Shown: positions 1-7,043, counted from the stretch's first letter. The stretch: DNA of 7,173 bases from Candidatus Iainarchaeum sp. (GCA_028700905.1 JAQVRT010000035.1:1-7173); one strand, 5' to 3'. The notes: generated by a model not told the origin, from the sequence alone. Made by a program: numbers and translations.

Positions 1-13
1 GAAACAACATATA

Positions 14-29
14 AAAACATATTTATATA
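14..29 (+). promoter_or_regulatory. Putative archaeal promoter for the UPF0147-polB-polC unit: an A-rich BRE-like tract followed by the TATA box TTTATATA at 22-29
   Basis: TTTATATA at 22-29 matches the archaeal TATA consensus TTTAWATA, and the A-rich ATAAAAACA lies immediately upstream. A start site about 25 nt downstream would leave a leader of about 35 nt containing the SD at 76-82. The whole region is AT-rich and (TA)n-like, so the exact placement is uncertain. Confidence 0.3.
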
Positions 30-75
30 TATAATATATATTAGAGAAATACATTTTTAATTCTTATTTAAAAAA

Positions 76-82
76 AGGTGAT
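76..82 (+). promoter_or_regulatory. Shine-Dalgarno site AGGTGAT for the first ORF
   Basis: AGGTGAT is complementary to the conserved archaeal 16S rRNA 3' end (the full SD core is GGAGGTGATC). It lies 6 nt upstream of the ATG at 89. Confidence 0.6.
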
Positions 83-88
83 TAACCC

Positions 89-370
89 ATGCCAAAAATT
101 ACAAAGAAACAAGAATTATGTAATAAGATGGTTTTAGAAATAATTTCTGAAGCTGATTATTTACTTGAAGATCAAACAATTCCAAAAAATGTATTAGGTG
201 TTATTAGAAGCATAAAATCTAAACTTACAGATAATCTTTGTTCTCTTGAAGTTTCAAACATATTATATGAACTTGAAGAAACAATAAATACTGTTAATGC
301 AACAGAATATAGATCTGTAGTTTGGAGCTTAATTTCAAAACTTGAAACTTTAAAAGAGAATATGAAATAA
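89..370 (+). CDS. Small helical protein, probably UPF0147 family (Pfam PF03685-like), function unknown
   Basis: The 93-aa ORF has a good SD, and its TAA stop at 368-370 lies 4 nt before the next ATG. Two sequence blocks, EDQTIPKNV and YRSVVWSLISKLETL about 35 aa later, resemble the family hallmarks as I recall them ([ST]-[VI]-P-R-N-[IV]-R, and R-T-x-I-W-x-x-x-S-x-L-E). The length of about 90 aa also fits the family. This assignment rests on memory, not on a search. Confidence that the ORF is coding is higher than confidence in the family call. Confidence 0.65.
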   Translation: MPKITKKQELCNKMVLEIISEADYLLEDQTIPKNVLGVIRSIKSKLTDNLCSLEVSNILYELEETINTVNATEYRSVVWSLISKLETLKENMK

Positions 371-374
371 GAAT

Positions 375-1802
375 ATGGATAACGAAATCATAAAATATGC
401 AAAAGAAAATAATTTAATTCTTACACCTGAAACATTAAAACATCTGTCTAGTGATAACTATAAAGAAATTTTAAATAAACTTAAAGAAAAAAATTTATTT
501 ATTGTTAAAGAAAAAGATGTTCTGGATGTTAAGAATCAAAAAGAAGAAAAAAAATATTTTAAAAATTTTTATATTTTAGATAAATACGATATTACTGGTA
601 AAAATTATTCACAAGGAAGTATAGAAGACTTCCACAAACTATTTTTAGACAAATATGAAAAAATATCTAAAATGATTAAAACAAGACCAAATTTTGAATA
701 CACAACTATTGAACAAGCAAGATTACTTGTAAAAGGTAAACCAGCTGATGTTATTGGAATGGTTTATGATAAAGGAGTTAGTAAAAACGGAAATTTAATT
801 TTAACAATTGATGATCCTACAGGACAAATTAAACTTGTAATCATGAATAAAGATGAAAATGAATTCTTTAAACACAAAGAAATTCTTTTAGATAATGTTT
901 TAGGTTTTAAAACATCTCTACTTTCAAAAGACATGTTAATTGTAAATGAAGTTATATATCCAGACATTCCTTTTGAAAGAAAAACGCATAACCTACCTAA
1001 AGATGTATACCTAACAATAATTGGAGATGTGCATGTTGGTTCTAAAAAATTTAAAGAAAAAGAATTTTTAAAATTTATAGAATGGCTAAATGGTAATTTT
1101 GAAGATGAAAAAGAACTTACTAAAAAAATAAAATATCTTGTTATTGCTGGAGACTTAGTTGATGGTATAGGTGTTTATCCTACACAGTTTAATGAACTTG
1201 CAATTACAGATATTAAAAAACAATATGAATTGTTTGAAGAATATATTTTGAAAATTAGAGAAGATATTGAAATATTTATAATTTCAGGAAATCATGATGC
1301 AGTAAGACTTTCAGACCCACAACCTGCAATTACAAAAGAATATCTTCCAAGACTTTATGAAAAAGAAAATATTCATATTTTAGGATCTCCTGCCTGGGTT
1401 GTTATTGAAGGATTTAAAACATTAATGTATCATGGAGCTTCACTTCACGGAATTTACACAGAAATTAAAAATGCAAAAATGGATAAACCAGATACTGCAA
1501 TGATAGAAGTTTTAAAAAGAAGAGATTTAATGCCACAATATGGAAATAGACAAACATTTGTACCTATTGAAAAAAATTTAATGGTTATTGAAGAAGTTCC
1601 AGATATTTTTATAACAGCAGATGTACATCATCATGCATATTCTAAATATAAGCATGTACACTTAATAGCATCCTCTTGTTGGCAAGACATGACAGATTTT
1701 CAAAAAGAGTTAGGACATGTTCCAACAGTTTCAAAAGCGCTTTTATTTAATTTAAAAACAGAAGAGCTTTTAATAAAAGATTTTTTAGAAAAAGAAATTT
1801 AA
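375..1802 (+). CDS. polB: DNA polymerase II (PolD) small subunit DP1, the 3'-5' proofreading exonuclease subunit
   Basis: The 475-aa ORF has an N-terminal block IIKYAKENNLILTPETLKHL like the DP1 N-terminal helical domain. It has an OB-fold-like segment ADVIGMVYDKGVSKNGNLILTIDDPTGQIKLVI. It carries calcineurin/Mre11-type phosphoesterase motifs in the canonical order: GDVHVG (1023-1040), GDLVDG (1149-1166), GNHD (1287-1298), YHGASLHG and DVHHH. The gene lies immediately upstream of DP2. Confidence 0.93.
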   Translation: MDNEIIKYAKENNLILTPETLKHLSSDNYKEILNKLKEKNLFIVKEKDVLDVKNQKEEKKYFKNFYILDKYDITGKNYSQGSIEDFHKLFLDKYEKISKMIKTRPNFEYTTIEQARLLVKGKPADVIGMVYDKGVSKNGNLILTIDDPTGQIKLVIMNKDENEFFKHKEILLDNVLGFKTSLLSKDMLIVNEVIYPDIPFERKTHNLPKDVYLTIIGDVHVGSKKFKEKEFLKFIEWLNGNFEDEKELTKKIKYLVIAGDLVDGIGVYPTQFNELAITDIKKQYELFEEYILKIREDIEIFIISGNHDAVRLSDPQPAITKEYLPRLYEKENIHILGSPAWVVIEGFKTLMYHGASLHGIYTEIKNAKMDKPDTAMIEVLKRRDLMPQYGNRQTFVPIEKNLMVIEEVPDIFITADVHHHAYSKYKHVHLIASSCWQDMTDFQKELGHVPTVSKALLFNLKTEELLIKDFLEKEI

Positions 1803-1817
1803 AAAAGAGAATAGTAA

Positions 1818-4800
1818 ATGATAAAAATTACTGCAAGAAAAGATGTTTCTCAATATTTTGAAAAACTCACAGAAAAGATAAATAATCAAGTTAATGTTGC
1901 AAAAGATGCAAGAAAGACTGGAAGAGATATTGATACAGACATAGAAACATTTCCTGCACAAGGTATTGCTGAAAAAACAGAAATTTTAGTTGGACCAAAA
2001 GGAGTTTCTAAAATATATCATGAGCTATGGGAAGTACATAATCACGATAGATTTAAAGTTACTTTAGATATATTTAATCAAATTTTAGATGGAACTTTAG
2101 GTGGAATTGAAGATCCAGAAAAAAGATTAGAGCAAGCTATAAGAACTGCTTTAGTTATTCAAACAGACGGAGTTGTTGTTTCTCCCTTAGATGGACTTCC
2201 AGAAATAAAAATTTCAACAAATCCAGATGGTTCAAAATATCCAGATATTTATTTTGCAGGGCCAATTAGAGCTGCTGGAGGAAATGCACAAACCTTACCT
2301 GTACTTCTTGCAGACCTTGCAAGAAAAAAACTACATCTTGATAGATATAAACCTTCAAAACAAGAAGTTGATAGATTAATTGAAGAAAACATGATTTATC
2401 AATCAGATGTTGTTGTTAGACAACAAAGAGTTACTGAAGATGAAATAAGAGTTATTGCAGAAAATTGTCCTGTGTGCATTAATAGTGGTCCTGATAGTGA
2501 TGTTGAACTAATGGTAAACAGAGACCTTGAAAGAATTAAGACAAATAGAGTTAGAGGTGCTATGTGCCTTGTAATGATTGATGGTGTGTATGTTAGAGCT
2601 ATGAAAATTTTAAAAACAAGCAAAATACTAGGGCTTGATTGGTCTTGGCTTGAAAAACTAATTAAAGTTAAAAAAACTTCAGAAGGATCTTTTGAACTAA
2701 AACCTTCAACAAAATATTTAGAAGGTCTTGCAGCTGGAAGACCAGTTTTTTCATACCCTTTAGTTCCTGGAGGATTTAGACTTAGATATGGTAAAACAAG
2801 AACAACAGGACTTATGGCAAAAGCAATTAATCCTGCAACCATGTATATATTAGAAGAATTTGTAGCAGTAGGAACACACGGCAGAATTGAAAGACCAGGA
2901 AAGTCTTTACAGTATTTTCCATGTGATAGTATTGAAGGACCAATTGTAAGATTAAAAAATAAAGATGTTATAAAAATAAATAACGTTAAAGAAGCTTTGA
3001 AAAATAGAGATTCAATTGAAAAAATACTTTTTTTAGGAGATATTTTAATCAATGTTGGAGACTTTAAAAAAAGTGGACACCCTTTAATTAAAGCTGGATA
3101 TGTTGAAGAAGAATGGCTTTCTGAAATGAAATATCTTTTAAGAAAAGAAGAAATTACAGAAGATGATTTTGAAGAACTTTATCAATTTTATAAAAATCCA
3201 GATCCCTATAAAGCAATAAGTTTAAGTTTAAAGCACAAAGTTTCACTTTATCCAAAATACATTGTGTATTATTCACTACTTGATAACGAAGAACTTAAAA
3301 TATTAGTGGATAAATTTAGAACTGCTGAAAAAATATTTTTAGAAGATAGGATTATTGGTGCTAAAATAAAAACAAATAATGTTATTAAAAGCATTCTTGA
3401 AAAAATTGGTGTTGAACATAAATATCTTCTTGAAGAAAATAAAATTATTCTTGAAAAAGAAATAGCTTACCCTTTTTTAAAAACTCTTGGAGCACTTAAT
3501 GCAACAAATCCTCTTGAAGAATTTAAAGAAGTTTTAGAAGATAAACAAAAAACAATTGTTGAAAAATTAACAATAATTTCAAAATTAAAAATAAATGAAA
3601 AAGCAGGAAGTTTTATTGGAGCAAGAATGGGAAGACCAGAAGCTGCACACGAAAGAATCCTGCCAGGTAAAAGTGCAACTATTTTCCCTGTTGGAGAAGG
3701 TTTTGGAAACAATAGAGATCTTTTAAAAACAATTGATTCTAAGAAAAACTATTCTGGAAGCATGGATATTAAAGTCAAAGGATATCAATGTGAAAGTTGT
3801 AAAAAAATAATGTTTACATCTTATTGTACAGACTGTAATCAAAGAACTAAAGAATTATATGAATGTAATAGTTGTAAAAAAATTAGTTTTAATAAAACTT
3901 GCCCAGTTTGTAATGAAGAAGGTAGAGCAAAAATAAATAATAAAGTAAATTTAGATGACCTTATTAAAAAAGCAATTGAAAATTTAGGAGTTGGAGTTCC
4001 AGAAACATTAAAAGGTTTTAAAGAACTTGCAAGTCAAGAAAAATATACAGAAGCTCTTGAGAAAGGAATATTGAGAAGTAAACATGGACTTTATGTTTTT
4101 AGAGATGGAACCATTAGATATGAAGCATTAAATGCAACCATCACTCAATTTAAACCTAAAGAACTTAATTTAAGTGTTGAAAAAGTAAAAGAGCTAGGGT
4201 ATGTTATAGATTATCAAGGAAAAGAAATAAAAGATGAAAATCAAATAATTGATATTTTTCCACAAGATATTATTATTTCAGATCACACTGCAGAATATTT
4301 TTTAAAAATAACTAAATTTGTTGATGATCTTTTAGAAAGATTTTATAAAAAAGAAAAATATTTTAACTTTAAAGAAAAAGAAGAACTTATTGGTGAGCTT
4401 GTAATTGGACTTGCACCACACACTTCAGCTGGTATTGTTGGAAGAATATTAGGTTTTTCAAAAGCAAGACTTTGTTTTGGACACCCTTTCTTTATTACAG
4501 CTAAAAGAAGAAATGTAGATGGAGATCAAGACTCAATAATGCTTTTAATGGATGCATTACTTAATTTTTCTCCAAAATATCTAAGTAAAGGAAGAGGTGG
4601 AAGAATGGATGCACCTATTGCTTTTACAACTGTTGTAAATCCTTATGAAATTGATGATGAGTGTTATGAAATTGAAACTGCAACAGAATATCCTTTTGAA
4701 TTTTATCAAAATTCTAAAAGATTTTTAGATGCTGATGATAAAAATTTAAAATATGTTTCTGATTTTTTAGGAACTGAAGATCAGTATACATGTATGAAAT

Positions 4801-5264
4801 TTACACATGATACATCTATCTTTGATGAAGGTCCTAAAATGAGTACTTATCTTACAATTAAATCTATGCAAGATAAAGTTACAAAACAAGCAGAACTTCA
4901 AAAAAAGATAAGAGCAGTTGATAATAAAGATGCTCTTGAAAGATTATTACATTATCATTTATTTCCTGATATTATTGGTAACACCAGAGCTTTTGCTCGT
5001 CAAGGTTTAAGATGTATTAAATGTAATTCTAAGTATAGAAGAATACCTCTTTCAGGTATTTGTCTTAATTGTTCTGGTAAACTTGTAATGACAATACATG
5101 AAGGATCTATTAAGAAATATTTAGAAATTGCAAAAAATTTAATTAAAAAATATGAACTTAAGCCATATCTTTATCAAAAAGTAATCTTAGCTGAAGAAGA
5201 TATAAATTCTCTTTTTGTTGATAAAGAAGAAATGAAACAAAAATCTTTATCAAACTTTTTTTAA
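1818..5264 (+). CDS. polC: DNA polymerase II (PolD) large catalytic subunit DP2, intein-free
   Basis: The 1148-aa ORF has DP2-typical blocks throughout: N-terminal YFEKL...AKDARKTGRDIDTDIE...LVGPKG, then YFAGPIRAAGGNAQ, RLRYGKTRTTG, GARMGRPE, LAPHTSAGIVGRI and the double-psi beta-barrel catalytic motif KRRNVDGDQDSIMLLMDALLNFS. It also has several Cys4 modules and a C-terminal PIP box. Homology is continuous and the length matches intein-less DP2 proteins. Confidence 0.95.
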   Translation: MIKITARKDVSQYFEKLTEKINNQVNVAKDARKTGRDIDTDIETFPAQGIAEKTEILVGPKGVSKIYHELWEVHNHDRFKVTLDIFNQILDGTLGGIEDPEKRLEQAIRTALVIQTDGVVVSPLDGLPEIKISTNPDGSKYPDIYFAGPIRAAGGNAQTLPVLLADLARKKLHLDRYKPSKQEVDRLIEENMIYQSDVVVRQQRVTEDEIRVIAENCPVCINSGPDSDVELMVNRDLERIKTNRVRGAMCLVMIDGVYVRAMKILKTSKILGLDWSWLEKLIKVKKTSEGSFELKPSTKYLEGLAAGRPVFSYPLVPGGFRLRYGKTRTTGLMAKAINPATMYILEEFVAVGTHGRIERPGKSLQYFPCDSIEGPIVRLKNKDVIKINNVKEALKNRDSIEKILFLGDILINVGDFKKSGHPLIKAGYVEEEWLSEMKYLLRKEEITEDDFEELYQFYKNPDPYKAISLSLKHKVSLYPKYIVYYSLLDNEELKILVDKFRTAEKIFLEDRIIGAKIKTNNVIKSILEKIGVEHKYLLEENKIILEKEIAYPFLKTLGALNATNPLEEFKEVLEDKQKTIVEKLTIISKLKINEKAGSFIGARMGRPEAAHERILPGKSATIFPVGEGFGNNRDLLKTIDSKKNYSGSMDIKVKGYQCESCKKIMFTSYCTDCNQRTKELYECNSCKKISFNKTCPVCNEEGRAKINNKVNLDDLIKKAIENLGVGVPETLKGFKELASQEKYTEALEKGILRSKHGLYVFRDGTIRYEALNATITQFKPKELNLSVEKVKELGYVIDYQGKEIKDENQIIDIFPQDIIISDHTAEYFLKITKFVDDLLERFYKKEKYFNFKEKEELIGELVIGLAPHTSAGIVGRILGFSKARLCFGHPFFITAKRRNVDGDQDSIMLLMDALLNFSPKYLSKGRGGRMDAPIAFTTVVNPYEIDDECYEIETATEYPFEFYQNSKRFLDADDKNLKYVSDFLGTEDQYTCMKFTHDTSIFDEGPKMSTYLTIKSMQDKVTKQAELQKKIRAVDNKDALERLLHYHLFPDIIGNTRAFARQGLRCIKCNSKYRRIPLSGICLNCSGKLVMTIHEGSIKKYLEIAKNLIKKYELKPYLYQKVILAEEDINSLFVDKEEMKQKSLSNFF
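3783..3914 (+). other. polC: Two tandem Cys4 (CxxC-x8-CxxC) zinc-binding modules inside DP2
   Basis: The modules are YQCESCKKIMFTSYCTDCN and YECNSCKKISFNKTCPVCN, exactly 25 codons apart. The 14-nt string AGTTGTAAAAAAAT occurs at both 3795-3808 and 3870-3883. Confidence 0.8.
4512..4532 (+). other. polC: PolD catalytic acidic motif N-V-D-G-D-Q-D
   Basis: The codons read aat gta gat gga gat caa gac. All three Asp residues of the DxDxD-type metal-binding motif are present. The position between the 2nd and 3rd Asp is Gln here, whereas I recall Glu at this position in Pyrococcus DP2. Confidence 0.75.
5013..5072 (+). other. polC: C-terminal Cys4 zinc module of DP2 (CIKC-x12-CLNC)
   Basis: The sequence RCIKCNSKYRRIPLSGICLNCSGKL lies near the C-terminus, the region where DP2 contacts DP1 in published PolD structures. 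Confidence 0.7.
5238..5261 (+). other. polC: Canonical C-terminal PCNA-interacting peptide (PIP box) QKSLSNFF
   Basis: The last eight codons, caa aaa tct tta tca aac ttt ttt, fit Q-x-x-[LIM]-x-x-[FY]-[FY] exactly and are followed directly by TAA. Confidence 0.75.
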
Positions 5265-5284
5265 AAAAGATTAATAAAAATAGA

Positions 5285-5291
5285 TTTTTTT
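5285..5291 (+). terminator. Oligo-T (T7) archaeal terminator for the + strand PolD unit
   Basis: A T7 run begins 21 nt after the polC stop. A second T7 run at 5256-5262 overlaps the final two Phe codons and the stop codon. Archaeal RNA polymerase terminates at oligo-T tracts. Confidence 0.5.
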
Positions 5292-5299
5292 AATAATTT

Positions 5300-5330
5300 A
5301 AAAAAAATAGAAAAAAAACTTAAAGAAAAA
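5300..5330 (-). terminator. Oligo-T tracts (T5, T8, T8 on the - strand) terminating the tuf-rps10 unit
   Basis: The + strand A-runs at 5326-5330, 5311-5318 and 5300-5307 read as T5, T8 and T8 on the - strand, immediately downstream of the rps10 stop (TAA, complement of 5331-5333). Confidence 0.55.
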
Positions 5331-5639
5331 TTATTCTTTAAGCTCAATACCCATTTGGATATCAGATGGAACTTCAACTCTGATAACTTTTCTTAAGATT
5401 TTATCATCAGCCTTAACATCAATAATTCTTTTATGAATTCTTAATTGAAATTTTTGATAAGTCTCAGTTCCTCCACCAGAAACACCTCTTCTTGTAGGAA
5501 CAACTAATTTTTTTGTTTTTAAAGGTATTATTCCAGAGTGTTTAACACCTGCTCTTTTTGCAACATCAATTAAGTTATTACAAAAGTCGGTGAGTTTTTC
5601 ATAATCAGTGCTTGTTAAAACAATTCTTGCTGTCTGCAT
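5331..5639 (-). CDS. rps10: 30S ribosomal protein S10 (uS10)
   Basis: The 102-aa ORF begins MQTARIVLTS and contains SGIIPLKTKK and LRIHKRIIDV, which match archaeal S10 blocks (MQKARIKL, SGPIPLPTK, ELRIHKRLIDI). It occupies the canonical position directly downstream of tuf. Confidence 0.92.
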   Translation of the reverse strand: MQTARIVLTSTDYEKLTDFCNNLIDVAKRAGVKHSGIIPLKTKKLVVPTRRGVSGGGTETYQKFQLRIHKRIIDVKADDKILRKVIRVEVPSDIQMGIELKE

Positions 5640-5650
5640 AAAATCTCAAA

Positions 5651-5654
5651 CTCC
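5651..5654 (-). promoter_or_regulatory. Weak SD-like GGAG upstream of rps10
   Basis: The - strand reads AAGAAGGGAGTTTGAGATTTTATG. The GGAG lies 11 nt from the ATG, which is a long spacer and only a partial match. Confidence 0.3.
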
Positions 5655-5701
5655 CTTCTTTTAAAAAATATAAAAAAAGAAAAAAGTAAATTTTTAAAAA
5701 T

Positions 5702-6979
5702 TTACTTCTTTACTTTCTCCTTAACTTCTATAATAACACCAGCAGCAACTGTTTTACCCATGTCTCTGATAGCAAGTCTTCCAAGTTGTGGATAGTCTTT
5801 GAATGCTTCAGCAACTAATGGTTGTGTTGGTTTTATTTTTACAATAGCAGCATCACCAGTCTTTAAAAACTTTGGATTCTCTTCTTTTGTTCCACCAGAT
5901 TTTGTATCAAGTGTTCTTACAAGTTCTGTGAAAGTACAAGAGATTTGAGCTGTGTGTATGTGGAATACTGGAGTGTATCCAACTGTTATTGCTGAAGGGT
6001 GGTTTATAACAATTATTTGTGCTGTAAACTCTTCTGCAATTTTTGGTGGATTTGACTCGTGACCAATTACAGATCCTCTTCTTATATCCTTAGGACCAAC
6101 TTTTCTTAAGTTGAAACCAATATTATCACCAGGATTTGCTTGAGGTAATTGTTCGTGGTGTTGTTCTATTGATTTTACTTCAGTTAATGTTCCTTCAGGA
6201 TTGATGATTATTTTATCATTAGGTTTCATAACACCTGTTGAAACTTTACCAACAGGAACTGTTCCAACACCTTTGATATTGTAAACATCTTGAACAGGAA
6301 GTCTTAATGGTTTATCTGCAGCTGATGCTGGAGCTTTAAATTCATCCATTGCTTCTAAAAGAGTTTGTCCTGTAAACCAAGGCATTTTATCTGTTTTTTT
6401 AACAACGTTATCTCCCATCCATGCTGAAACAGGAATTACTTTATACATTTCTTCTTTATAACCAATTCCTTTTAATAATTTAGTTACTTCTTCTTTAACT
6501 TCATTAAATCTTGCTTCTTTGTATTCGATTTCATCCATTTTGTTAACAGCAACAATTAATTGGTTGATACCTAATACTTTTGCAAGGTATGAGTGTTCTT
6601 TTGTTTGAGCCATGATACCTTCTTTAGCACCAACAAGTAAAACAGCAGCATCTGCTTGAGATGTACCTGTAATCATGTTTTTAATATAGTCTTGGTGACC
6701 AGGAGCATCAATAACTGTGAAAAAGTTTTTCTTAGTGTCAAATTTTTTATAATTAACATCGATAGTAATTCCTCTTTCTCTTTCTTCTTTTAATGTGTCC
6801 ATCATGTAAGCGAAAGCGAAAGTTCCTTTACCTTTCTCTTGAGCAATAGCTTCAAGTTTTCTGTAATCTTGTTCTGATAAAGATCCAGTGTCGTACATTA
6901 ATCTTCCAACTAATGTTGATTTACCTTGATCAACGTGACCAATGAAAATTGTGTTAATATGTGGTTTTTCACCTGCCAT
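5702..6979 (-). CDS. tuf: Translation elongation factor 1-alpha (aEF-1A)
   Basis: The 425-aa ORF begins MAGEKPHINTIFIGHVDQGKST (G1). It also carries RGITID (G2), DAPGH (G3), NKMD (G4) and SAW (G5), followed by domain II and III blocks (PLRLPVQDVY, GRLAIRDMGKTVAAGVI). It has a strong SD and the canonical tuf-rps10 arrangement. Confidence 0.95.
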   Translation of the reverse strand: MAGEKPHINTIFIGHVDQGKSTLVGRLMYDTGSLSEQDYRKLEAIAQEKGKGTFAFAYMMDTLKEERERGITIDVNYKKFDTKKNFFTVIDAPGHQDYIKNMITGTSQADAAVLLVGAKEGIMAQTKEHSYLAKVLGINQLIVAVNKMDEIEYKEARFNEVKEEVTKLLKGIGYKEEMYKVIPVSAWMGDNVVKKTDKMPWFTGQTLLEAMDEFKAPASAADKPLRLPVQDVYNIKGVGTVPVGKVSTGVMKPNDKIIINPEGTLTEVKSIEQHHEQLPQANPGDNIGFNLRKVGPKDIRRGSVIGHESNPPKIAEEFTAQIIVINHPSAITVGYTPVFHIHTAQISCTFTELVRTLDTKSGGTKEENPKFLKTGDAAIVKIKPTQPLVAEAFKDYPQLGRLAIRDMGKTVAAGVIIEVKEKVKK

Positions 6980-6986
6980 ATTTATT

Positions 6987-6991
6987 CCTCC
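6987..6991 (-). promoter_or_regulatory. Shine-Dalgarno site GGAGG for tuf
   Basis: The - strand reads AACGGAGGAATAAATATG. GGAGG is a perfect core match to the anti-SD, with a 7-nt spacer to the ATG at 6979. Confidence 0.7.
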
Positions 6992-7000
6992 GTTATTTTG

Positions 7001-7040
7001 ATTTAAATTAATTTTTTTCTTTTTGTTTTTTTAAAATAAA
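7001..7040 (-). promoter_or_regulatory. Region likely to contain the tuf promoter TATA box (two candidates)
   Basis: The - strand candidates are TTTATTTTAA (7040-7031) and TTTAAAT (7007-7001). The upstream candidate would give a leader of about 25-30 nt that includes the SD. The downstream one would place the start site near the ATG and bypass the SD. Sequence alone cannot resolve this. Confidence 0.25.
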
Positions 7041-7043
7041 AAC

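Noticed and set aside
1-88. An AT-rich, (TA)n-like tract upstream of the PolD unit, considered as a possible replication origin by analogy with oriC next to the Pyrococcus cdc6-PolD operon
   Set aside because: Only 88 bp are visible. There are no origin recognition box-like repeats and no orc1/cdc6 gene in the window. The tract is adequately explained as a promoter TATA region.
764-967. A 67-aa ORF antisense to DP1, and a similar 81-aa ORF at 3467-3712 antisense to DP2
   Set aside because: Both are short and fully embedded in well-supported genes. Their composition is the low-complexity reverse-complement type, and neither has translation signals.
1050-1064. An exact 15-nt repeat, TTTAAAGAAAAAGAA, that also occurs at 4368-4382
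   Set aside because: Both copies encode F-K-E-K-E within Lys/Glu-rich coding sequence. This is a low-complexity coincidence expected in an A-rich genome, not a mobile or regulatory repeat.
2466-2477. A CPVC pair in the DP2 N-terminal region (AENCPVCINSG), considered as an extra zinc site
   Set aside because: It is a single CxxC with no partner Cys pair nearby. The aligned region in other DP2 proteins, as I recall it (NIPIEITGE-like), is not a metal site, so this is probably incidental.
2399-3052. A 217-aa ORF antisense to DP2, which is strikingly long for an AT-rich genome
   Set aside because: It lies wholly inside a strongly supported CDS. In this antisense frame, a stop arises only where a sense Tyr (TAY) codon follows a codon ending in T or C, or a sense His or Gln (CAN) codon follows a codon ending in T. 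In this stretch the sense Tyr codons happen to follow codons ending in A or G. The translated product is low-complexity, rich in S, L, I, F and T, as expected for the mirror image of a sense sequence rich in K, E and D. It has no SD or promoter and no recognisable motifs.
1818-5264. A possible intein or large insertion in DP2
   Set aside because: At 1148 aa the protein is the size of an intein-free DP2. Recognisable DP2 blocks follow one another without a long unexplained segment, and no intein splice-junction or homing-endonuclease motifs were seen.
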